A stretch of 64,000 nucleotides of DNA from an uncultured Muribaculaceae bacterium (GTDB taxonomy: Bacteria > Bacteroidota > Bacteroidia > Bacteroidales > Muribaculaceae). Shown in pieces: positions 48,259 to 58,800 of this stretch. The DNA lies in assembly GCA_947174635.1 (NCBI GenBank), contig CAMWJS010000003.1, positions 37,597-101,596 of the forward strand, read 5' to 3'. The notes under the pieces are model-generated. The model was given only the letters and a program-made list of their open reading frames with translations. It was not told where the DNA came from and made no database searches. Within the stretch, counting starts at the first letter, position 1, and the number at the start of each line of letters is the position of its first letter. The translations under genes and the position numbers were made by a program.

Positions 48259-48801
48259 ATGATCGGCAGCATAATCGGCGGAGCGATGCAGGTGGGCGGC
48301 GCAATCTTTGGCGGCATATCGGCGAGCAAAGCCATGAAGAAAGTGAAAAAGAACATACAGGAGCAGCAGCGCAAAAACCAGGACTGGTACGACCGCCGCT
48401 ACAACGAGGATGCGACCCAGCGTGCGGATGCCCAACGCATATTGGCAAAGACCGAGGAATCAATCCGCAACCGCAACCGTCAGGCGGCGGGAGCTCAGGC
48501 TGTCATGGGCGGCACGGAGGAGAGTGTTGCGGCGGCTAAGGCAGCCAACAATCAAGCTCTTGCGGATGCCACATCTCAGATTGCAGTCGCCGGAGAACGG
48601 CGCAAGGATGCCATCGAGCAACAATATCTGTCGACTGACCAGCAGCTTCAGGCGCAATTGAACAACCTTGAAGTCAATAAGGCAAGCGCCATATCCCAGG
48701 CCGTGCAGGGCGTGGCGAAAGCCGGAGCCGGCATGGCGCAGCCGATTGATGGCGCTTATTATGCATATCCGGACGGCAAGAAAGGAGGGGGCAATGCCTA
48801 A
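48259..48801 (+). CDS. Hypothetical protein with N-terminal glycine-zipper membrane segment and Q/A-rich coiled coil
   Basis: 180 aa: MIGSIIGGAMQVGGAIFGGISASKAMKK, then NQDWYDRRYNEDATQRADAQ and Ala/Gln-rich helices. It is the first gene of the plus-strand operon. Confidence 0.65.
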   Translation: MIGSIIGGAMQVGGAIFGGISASKAMKKVKKNIQEQQRKNQDWYDRRYNEDATQRADAQRILAKTEESIRNRNRQAAGAQAVMGGTEESVAAAKAANNQALADATSQIAVAGERRKDAIEQQYLSTDQQLQAQLNNLEVNKASAISQAVQGVAKAGAGMAQPIDGAYYAYPDGKKGGGNA

Positions 48802-49867
48802 CAACAATCAGCAGTCAATAGTAGAGCGGCCTCAGGCGGAGAGGATGCAGGCTCCGGTTACAGAGTCCGAGGCTCATATTGTGCCGTCTCCGACAAATAC
48901 CGGGCAGCATGCGCAGAGAGACGAACCTACCGGAGTAGAAAATGTGTCGGTCGACAATCAGCCGCAGGTGAGAAACCCGGAAAATTGGCAGGAGGCGGTC
49001 GACGAACATTTTTCAGACTGGAAAGAGACTCCTCGGGCTGGAAGCATGCAGGATGTCGTGGATTATCTGGAAGGGCGTATGAGCGCAATACACATCCCGA
49101 CAAAGGAGGAACTTGAAAAGGAGCGCCGCCGCAAGCGTGCCGAGGGTTTAATCTCGGCTATTGCGGACGGGGCGAGCGCTATTTCCAATCTCGCGTTCAC
49201 CACTCAATATGCCCCCAATATGTACAAGCATGAAAACTCAATGACCGCAAAGTGGCAGGAGCGCTACGACAAGTTGAAGAAGGAGCGCGAGGCAGATGCC
49301 GACCGATATTACAACTATGCGCTGACAGTAGGCAAAATCAAGGAGGCTCAGGAAGCCAAAGAGTATCAGCGTGGCCGCGATGCGCTTAAGGACAGCATAA
49401 CCGCCGCAAAGGCCGAACACGATGCAAGACTTGCGGATATCAGGTATAAAGTAGTGGCTCAGAAATTGAGCGCGGCCGAAGCGGCCGAAGCCGAACGCGC
49501 TGCGACACGGGAGCTTGACAGAAAAATCAAGGAGGCGAAACTGGAGGAAATACAATCGCGGACAAACAAGAATAATCGTTGGCAACCCTCGGGTGGCAAA
49601 ACGGGGCAGTTCACTGTGTCGCGCATTAATCCACAAACGGGCGAGAAAGAATACAAGAGTGACTTCAGGTCAGAACCATCGGCAAAGAACTTCGCTGCGA
49701 CGCATTCGGATGATGGATGGGTATATGAAACCATACCCACGACAAGCACAACCACGAAGCCTAATAAATGGGGTAGGACACAGACAACCACAACCGTAAG
49801 GGATACATCGACACCCCGCAATGAAAATAACTCAGAAAAGAAGAAAAAACCCAATCCAATGGATTAA
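48794..49867 (+). CDS. Hypothetical coiled-coil protein
   Basis: 357 aa from the ATG at 48794, which overlaps the upstream stop (aATGccTAA). The track ORF starts at 48668 inside the upstream gene. The protein has a charged helical core (KEELEKERRRKRAEG.., EAAEAERAATRELDRKIKEAKLEEIQ) and a Thr-rich, basic C-terminus. Confidence 0.6.
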   Translation: MPNNNQQSIVERPQAERMQAPVTESEAHIVPSPTNTGQHAQRDEPTGVENVSVDNQPQVRNPENWQEAVDEHFSDWKETPRAGSMQDVVDYLEGRMSAIHIPTKEELEKERRRKRAEGLISAIADGASAISNLAFTTQYAPNMYKHENSMTAKWQERYDKLKKEREADADRYYNYALTVGKIKEAQEAKEYQRGRDALKDSITAAKAEHDARLADIRYKVVAQKLSAAEAAEAERAATRELDRKIKEAKLEEIQSRTNKNNRWQPSGGKTGQFTVSRINPQTGEKEYKSDFRSEPSAKNFAATHSDDGWVYETIPTTSTTTKPNKWGRTQTTTTVRDTSTPRNENNSEKKKKPNPMD

Positions 49868-49870
49868 GTG

Positions 49871-52800
49871 ATGACAAACGACAACAAGCAAAAACTATAT
49901 AACGCCCTTTCTCGGGATTATGAGTTGGGGACATTCGAGAAATTCTGTACGGATATCGATGACAGTGTAAAGCGACGTAAATTATTTGATGCTGCTTCAC
50001 AGGACTACGAACTGGGCTCTTGGGAAAGCTTTTCCAAGCAGTTAGGTTATACCGATTCAACACAGGAGGCTCCTCTAATTTCATCAATAGTCAGAAAAGT
50101 GGAGGAACAGGCAAAGCAGCATGTCAGTGTTACGTCGGCCGCTTCGGGGAATGCCGGCGCCAACGTATCGGCCGAGGCTTCCGAGCAAGCCGCGCCTGCA
50201 GAGGCCGCGCCGGTTGATCGGGGGCAACAGTCCTGGATGCCGTCCGTGCAGGATAGGGTCCGTGCATCATATCAGATGCAGACAGTTGCGGACGGGTTGA
50301 GCCACCGTGCGGATGAAGGCGCAGCAAAAGTGGGGCGTATCAATGAACCGTTGACCGCCGAGGGCAGGGAGCACAGGAAGCAGAAAGAGATGGAAGCGCG
50401 GATGGCCGGAGCGCCAACAACGTTGCTGGGTCTGACGGGACCGTCTAAAGCGAAAGCGGATGAAGAAAAGAGCTCTGCGCCGACCGAGAAAGCGGAGTTG
50501 CGTCCTGATGTCATGTCGCCTGTGCCGTATGGCGTGGAGTATGTCGACGGCAAGGCTGTTACCAAATGGCTGATGCCCGACGGCAGCGTGACAACGAATA
50601 TGGCTGAGGCCGACGCAGTTGAATATACCGCAAGGCAGCAACGACTTCATGACACCTATCTGAAGAATACAAAAGATATAAGCATAGACATCCCGAAGGA
50701 GAAGTCTATACGTGTAGGCGTATCTGAGTCTTACGGCAAACCTGTTATAATTTGGCGGTTGCCGGATGGTAGTCTTAAAAAAAGCTATGCAACGCCCGAT
50801 GATGAGAAATTCATTAAGGAAAATCAGGAAAAGTTTGATGAATTTGGCGGAAATTTAATCTCTTATAAATTTAATCAGGAGGCAGCAGATATCGTACAAC
50901 CCAAAGCGAAAGAAGCAGCGGAACAAGCGTGGAAAGCAGCAGAAGCAGCTTACGGAGAGAAGATGGAGTACAATCGAAGGAATTCGAACATCTGGTTGAG
51001 TTCAGCGGGAAATAGTACGGATGCCGCCTCAATTAAGCAGCTGGAGACTATTGATAATTTCACTGACAGGCTTACCACTCATGATCTGGATGCTCTGATG
51101 GATGCGGCATGGTCCAACCTCGGTGAGGCAGGGCAAAAATCTCTCATCGATGATTGCTATAAGATATTGCAACGTCAAAATCCTGAAACAGACAAGATTG
51201 CTTTATACAATCTTGCTAAAGATTATGCCCGTCAACAGTCTGATAAATCGCTATATAATCTTGCCGTAGAGAAAAACATGCCGAAAAATGGTCTTGACTA
51301 TTTTATGCGTAAAATTAGTGACATGAATTTTGTTACCAATTTAGGCAAGGGAATTGCTGTCAATCGTGTGAAGAAAACCGGCGACATGGCAGCTTACGAA
51401 GCAGCCAACGAACAATACCGACAGGACGGTCACAAGATACTTGACGTGACCGGCATGGTTGCAGGTTTCGCTTTCGACCCTACGACATGGTTGTCGGCAG
51501 GTGTCGGCGGTGCTGCGACGCGCGGCACAATGTGGCTCGGCGGTCGTTGGATGGCAGGACGCGGCGCAAGTACAGCCGTTAAACAAGCCGCCACGCGTCA
51601 ATTTGCAAACACAATGACAGGTCGCCTTGTCGGTGGTGTTGTCGGAGGCTCTGTCAACTTCGGCACCTTTGAAGGTACCAAGGAATTGGAGAACCAATTT
51701 GCACATGGCGGCCATATAGTCGGGCAGGATGAAACAGGTCGATATATCAACGAAGGCTATTCTGCATCAGCTGTAGGAGGTCAGGTGCTTCACGGTCTCG
51801 GCATGGGTGCAGCCATCGGTTGGCTCGGTCCCGTTACAGGCAACGTATCCGACAAACTTGTCAGAGCGACAACAAGCACATTGGGCAAGGTCGCCACTCG
51901 CGCGGGTATCTATACGGGTGCCACAATTGCTGAGGGTACAATTTTCTCTATCCCCGAATGGATAGAGGGTGGGCGTGACGGCTTCGATGTGTGGACTGAC
52001 AACATGGCCATGATGGCCGGTTTCAAAGCTAAGCACATGGTAAAGAGTGCCGGTGGTATCCTGAGAGACCTCAAAGCATCTTTTGAAAGCCCCTCCAACG
52101 GAAGCAAGAACCGCTTGAACTTTGAGAGCTGCCTGCGGCAGCGCATGGATGCGCCATCTGACGGAGGTCTTGCACTGACAAAGGATGAGCAGGCCGAGCT
52201 GCAGCGTTATGGCTATGACCTGCGCGACCTTGTGGAGAGTGCAGAGCGCACCGGCAACGCCAAAGAGGGCGGTATTATCGCACAGAACGCGCCCGAAATC
52301 GTCAGCCGACTTACTGATATGGTAACCGATCCGCGTGTCAGCGAAGCGGCAAGAGCTAAGATGTATTACTACGCTACAGGCCGTAAGCTCCCGATGTCAA
52401 CCGTGATGCGTGGCGAACTGTTTGAGGACGGCAACGGAGGCTTCGTTGTAGAATCGCTGGGTGCCAACGGTGTCATCACCTCACGCTCATTTACGAATCG
52501 CAAAGCCGCCGACCTCGAATTGGAGCGCATCAGACGACAGTCAGAACTCAATCAACTTGAACTTGGTGAGCGGTATCAGCCCATTGCAGACTTTGAGAGC
52601 CGCATGATGGAGGCGAGCCGCAGAGTGGCCGCAAATCATGGTTGGAATCCTGTTGATGTATATAAGACCTGTGAAGATGTCCTTGATTCATATGTGCGTG
52701 GCAACAATAAAGAGTTGTCGGACGTGCAAAAGAATATATACAACAAGATACTTGCCGAGTTGGATAAAATCGAGGTATCAGATTTAGCGACCGAGAAGCG

Positions 52801-55800
52801 CACAAGAATCAACGCCAAATATGATGTTGATATTGACAAAGCAATACGGAAAGAGCCTAATAGACGCACTGAGGCAGAGCAGAAAGCAATTGATGAGTAT
52901 ATTGCCGAGCTGATGCCCCGTCGAAATTCGGGGAACGGAATGTTTGACGAAGCGGGACAGCGACTATTGCCCGCAGAAGGAGAGCCACGGGATGTAGAGG
53001 ATGTCAATTACAGAGAGGCGGATGAAACCGGACAGACAATAGAGCATCGTTTTAAGGATGATTATGATTTTGTAGGAGTAGAACCCCACAAGTCCGCAGA
53101 GCAGCCATTAGGCCGTGCGGTGATGAAATACCAAGACCGTCAGGTCGAGGTGTTGGACGGTCGTGTGGTGATGACAGGTGACGGTACTATGATTGACTGC
53201 GAGCGCAGCGAGAAAACCATCGTCGTTCGCGATATTGCCACCGGCAAGGTCGAGATGGTTTCGCCTGAGGCGATACTGTCGTATGAGGGGTATGCAGACG
53301 AAGGAGAATTGCTGGACGCTCCGATTTCTCCAGAAAGTCCTTCCGTGGGAGAGTCAGTAGGGGCAGAGTCAACAGGGGCAATCTCCGCTGCGCCCAATTA
53401 TGATCTATACGATACATTCAGCGTGAATATAGAGGGGCGCGACCGTCCGTTGCCGGCTGCAGTAGTGGAACGCGACGGCAATACCATCACTATATGGACA
53501 CCTGAGGCAGTCAATCAGGCGAGTGCCAAAAGTCGCACAATGCGCGGTTATCTTACAGACTTGACATCTGCAGACCTTGATGCAATTTTACAGCGTGACG
53601 CAGAGGGTAACCCCGTGGGGTATGTTTCCGCCAATCCTCCGCAAGAGACAGAGGCCCGGACGGACCTTTCCCATACTCCTGTTGACGGGCAGGGACAGCC
53701 TAAGCATGAAGAAGCCGGTTCTGATGCAGCACCGGATGTCATTGCAGGACAGGCGCAGGTGGACGAGGCGACGGCGACCGCCGACACAGCCGAATATGAC
53801 CGGGGCTATGAGCAGGGATTGGAAGACGCTGCAAAGGCTGATGACGCATGGATTGCGAACCTTATCAAGATATACAGCCAAAACACGCCCGAATCAATGC
53901 CCGAGATCATGAAAGGTCGGTTGGATGCATTCCTCTATGAGCAACAGCGCAGGGCAATGGAAGCGCAGAGCGTTCCCAATCCCGCCGCTCCAGTAGAAAA
54001 CGGACAGCAAACGGCCGATGATGGCTTCATCTCCATTGACCCTGCAATCAAGCCTGATGAGAATGGGAATATAAATATACCTGCCCCCGAAGCACAGGCG
54101 GAGCCGACCCCCCTGCAGCGTATCCCGCGTGATGAGCAGGGGGAGCCGATATTGACGCATGAGAGTGTCGATGCGGATACCGCGTGGGGCGGTGCTGTCG
54201 AATTCTTCGGTAGCGAAGACGACGCACGTTCGTATGTTGACGCTCAGGTAAAAAGTTCAGAGGCGGCCATAACAGCAGCGGAAAAGGCGGTCGGAAAAGT
54301 AAAGCCGACGGCCGGAATGACAAAATATCGCGAAGATCTAAAGAATGCGCGCGTAGCTGTAGATGCCGCCAAGTCGACTCTTGCCAGATGGAAGGAGATT
54401 GCAGAGGTGCATGACCGGCAGAAAGCGGAGGTCGAGGAAGCCAAGGCTGCGGAGAATGCATTCAAGGCGTCGATAACCCAAGGAAAGGCCGAGCTTGAGC
54501 ATGCATACGAGGAGGTGAAAGATGTGCCTGAGGCTGTCGAGATACTCCGGAATATGGAGCCGCAGAGCATAGACGAGGTTGCGGCGATGCTGCTTACCGG
54601 AAGCAAGGTGCTATGGAATGACGAGGGTGTGAAGCGTGGAATGAAGAGCATGCTGGGATATGGCGAGGGTGAACGGAAAGGATTGTTCGGTCTGTTCGCT
54701 GCGTCGAAAAACGGAGGTGAGACGCTGGAGCGCCTTGCTGAGGATAAGATGAAAGAGTTATGTGAAGCATACGGCATCGAGTACGACAACTACGATGCGT
54801 TGACGGCATTGACCGATGTGCTTGGAGCCTGCAGGACACGGGGCGACTTGCATAAGTACATACAGAACCGTCGTATCGCACAGGCGCTGCAGATGAAAGA
54901 TGACTTTGTACGTCATGTGGAAAAAGAGGCGGAAAGGATGTCGCAGGAGGCATACCATATGTCGGTTGCCGACCGGGAGGCATACGAGAGTCAGTTGCCG
55001 GACGAGATGAAGAAAATAGATATGAAAGATGCGGATATAGTGGAAATGAATGCTATATTTGCAGATGAAATCATAGAAAGGCAGAGATATGAAGAAAATA
55101 TCAGAAATGAGCAAGGACGAGCTGATAGCGTATTACCGGCAGGCTCAGACGTATTGCATGGAGAACAGGCTGATTACGGCGGAGGAATTCCGGAAACTTC
55201 GGCAGGAGAAAGGCGAATTGGGGGCGATGGCGGCGTTGATAGGCAGAATGGAGCTGCACCGGAAAGCACACCCGACAGAGAGCAAGGGAATGTAATAGAG
55301 GAAGCATATCAGAGAAATGTAACGAGATATGACCGGACTGTGCCTGCTACCCCTGAGGCACAGCGCTCGGCTATTTCCCGCATCATAGACTTTGCTAAAA
55401 ACGTAAGGAATCGCGTTGAGCGTGCCGTTATTGGCGGTATAACCAAGCGGCAGGCCAAAGATTTTGCGGATAATGGCATAGATGTGGATGAAACGTGGGT
55501 GCACTCATTCGAGTCCTCGGCGGTTGTTCATAATCAAGGTCGGCATGGAGACTCTCGTACCGAAGAACGCGCAGGCCAGATTGCCATTACTTCCGAAGAT
55601 TATGCGCGTATACCCGAAATACTTGAAGCCTATGACCGAGTGACAAAATCGCCGAACCGCTCACGCAGTACTGGTAATGAGGTCATTATTTATGAAAAGG
55701 ACTTTGATGATGGCTATATCTACTATTTGGAAGAGAAAAGGGATAAGCGTAAATCCTTATCATTCCAAACAATGTACAAAAAGAAAAAAGGAACTGATAG

Positions 55801-58800
55801 TTCCGACGGGTTGATGCCTGTTGCCTCTCCCTCTACGCCCACAGCGCCTCCGGACAATCTCAGTTCCAGTTCTGAGGGCAAAGGTATAAACTTTGCGTCA
55901 GATAAACAAACGGACGGCGTAGGAAGTTATGTACAACCTGCTGACAACAAGGGTGCGCAGACCATTCAGACCGCTGTTGAGGCTGCATCTTCCGAGGTAA
56001 ACACCGAACCTACCGAGGCACAGAAAGCCGCAGGCAACTACAAGATGAAACACCGCCGTGTTGACGGCTACAACATCAGTATCGAGAATGCCAAAGGCAG
56101 TGTGCGCCGTGGTACCGGAGCAGACGGAAAGCCGTGGGAAACCACGATGCAGAATGACTACGGCTATATACGAGGAACCGAGGGTGTGGACGGCGACCAC
56201 ATTGATGTTTTCCTGTCGGACACCCCCGAAAAGGGAGATGTGTTTGTCGTCGACCAGGTTAACGAGGACGGCTCTTTTGACGAGCATAAGGTAATGTATG
56301 GCTTTCCCTCGGAGGAGGCCGCACGCGCAGCGTATCTTTCCAACTATGAACCAGGATGGACGGGACTCGGCGAAATAACTCATGTCAGCAAGGATGAGTT
56401 TAAAAAATGGATTAATTCGAGTAGACGCAAGACTAAGCCCTTTGCTGACTACAAAAGCGTTCGTGACATCACTAATAATGTAAAGCAGGCTATTCAGGAG
56501 ATATTAGTCTCAGACAATTACAGAGCAGTCGTAGTTACCGACTCGTCGGGAAAAGAGACCTATAGAGTTCTATTAAACAAAGGGGCTCGTAAAAAAGAGT
56601 GGCAGATAAAGTCGGAGTTACATAACGGCCACTATAGTTCTGATGGTTATGGAACTCTCATATTCTCAAGTCGAAATGACATGGAGGCATGTCTTGACGA
56701 TAGGGATGCAGACATTGATATCCTGAATAAACGTTTGCTCAGAAAGGATGATGAAAATCGCCGTAAGAAGAGAACAGAGTGGAAGGCCTCAATGCTTGAG
56801 AAAATAAAAGGAATGTCGACTGAAGACCTTCGACATAACATTGAACTTTACGACAAAGCACCAGACCGCCGACATGATGAGGAAAAGGAGGTAATCGATG
56901 CCGCTCGCCAAGAGTTGAGGCTTCGCGATGCCGCGGTGAAAGATGCGACGGATGATTCAGCCGAAATCACGCGACTGAGTAAGAAATACCGGTCAGCACC
57001 TATAAAGGTTGTCAAATCAATTGAGGATATTAAATCAGATGATCTCTCGGAAGATACATTGGAAGAGATTGCCGGAGCTATGGAAGAGGCAGAAACTCAG
57101 GCAATCTACTGCAAAGAGAATAAAAAAATATATATCTTTGCGGGTAAGTATCAGGATGGCGAGCTCGATTACATTGTAGCTCATGAAAGTGTGCACGCAG
57201 CAGTGGACAAACTTGGGCTAAGAAATGGAGAAGAGCTAAATTATTACCGTAAATCTATTGCAGGTATTTTCGACAATGAAGCTCCAGCGGAATTAAACAA
57301 GATCATCTCAGAGAAATATGCACCAGAAGATGAGGATGAGGAGTTTTTGGCTTATACTCTCCCATGGATTAGCCGAAACAAAAAGCGTATGCGTAAGGTA
57401 CTTGAACACGGTGAGGGCAGACTGGTAGATTTTATAAATCAATTAAACGAAGAGATATATGGAAAAGAAGAGATACAATCAATGCTCTCCGCCACTGAGG
57501 AGAGAACTCCTACTAATGTTCATGGGGGACGAGGAGGACAGGTTCGAGGACGAAGAGGAACAGCCGGAACCATCACAGGAGACGACTCAGGAGGAGACGC
57601 CGACACCGGAAACCGACAGATAGAAGATTTCGGGGAGAAGATAGCGGGGGCGCGCAAAGATGCACTTAGTGCATTTGCCAAGACGATAGAGAATGTGTCG
57701 GTGCAGTCATTGATAGAGCTTCCGATGTCAAAGGCCTTTACCCGTCCTAATCTTCGAAAGATGGTGGAGACGGGCGCTATCAGCGACGAAGATGCCATTC
57801 TTGCTGAGGCTATACTTCAGGGGCAGATTTATGCGCATCGGAAGCCTGCGCTCACCAAGCGGCAGAGCAGCAAAAAAGCCGTAGAGGAATGGGCGAGAGC
57901 CACCTATGGCGGCATATCAATGCTCGGCGAGATATTGAGCGGAGACCCTTCACGTCGTGAGGCGGCTATCTTGCAGTATAATGAAAGGCTTGCGGCAGAG
58001 CTCGAAGCTGCCAATGCCCATGTGGCCAAGATGCGCGAGTGGAATCCAGGCAAAAAAATTGAGGATGTCAAAGCGATACCCAATCCCATCGATATAACGC
58101 GAAGGGTGCTTGAGGGTATCGGTTATCATGTGGGAGATGCAGTTAAACTGCCTCTGACAAATATCGAGCTAAGTTCTAACAAACAATACTACATAGTCGG
58201 AAGTGCCGGCAAGCAGGGCGCATTATGGTTCAAGATGCACCATGACACACTTGATGGGGCGGTAGACACAATGATAATGGCGGCCAAGCTTGCACGTGGA
58301 GACCGCGATGTGGAGCTGCCGTTGCGACAGTTTGTGACAAAAGGCGTAGGGACCCCGCATAAAGAGCTGACCGGCAAATATGAGGTGTTGTATTTTGCCA
58401 AAGATGGCAAGACTGTCAAGAGCCGAGTGTTTGACGGTAAGGACAAAGCCGAGGTATTTGCCGCTGACAGCAAGGGATTGATGAGGGAGTTGGTGAAATA
58501 CACCAATGACTTTGACGCATACGCTATTGAAGCAATCAATCCATTGACAGGAGAACGGCATACGTTGCGCGACGATTTCGGCAGCCGAGCCGAAGCATCG
58601 ACGTGGATAGATGAGTCGTATGAGGAAGCCAATAATCTTGCTCTTGATGCGCTGTACAAAGAGATGAATGTCGAATCGACGCCACGCAGTCATTACTATG
58701 TGGAGTCCGTGTTCCGTCACGGCAAGATGGTTGGAAGGGTAGTCGAGGACGACAAGAAAAATCCGTGGCGCCTCACCAAGTATTTTGAGAGTCGCAAAGA

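Noticed and set aside
48182-48463. 93-aa minus-strand ORF spanning the divergent promoter region and the start of the 48259 gene.
   Set aside because: It has a Cys/Arg/Pro-rich, improbable composition and overlaps both promoter boxes and the better-supported plus-strand gene.
48668-48793. Upstream extension of the 399-aa track ORF (start 48668) overlapping the 180-aa gene by 134 bp.
   Set aside because: The extension (MKSIRQAPYPRPCRAWRKPEPAWRSRLMALIMHIRTARKEGA) looks like out-of-frame sequence. The ATG at 48794 gives the classic ATGnnTAA coupling overlap.
55089-55295. Off-frame 68-aa ORF (MKKISEMSKDELIAYYRQAQTYCMENRLITAEEFRKLRQEKGEL..) embedded in the giant ORF. It reads like a plausible helical protein, while the main frame here is a G/D/E/R-rich linker. 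I considered an overlapping gene or a programmed frameshift.
   Set aside because: The main frame has no stop here and rejoins clearly structured sequence on both sides. An open stretch of about 70 codons in an alternative frame is expected by chance a few times in 14 kb. No slippery sequence was seen. It is worth a glance in ribosome-profiling data but is not supported as a feature.
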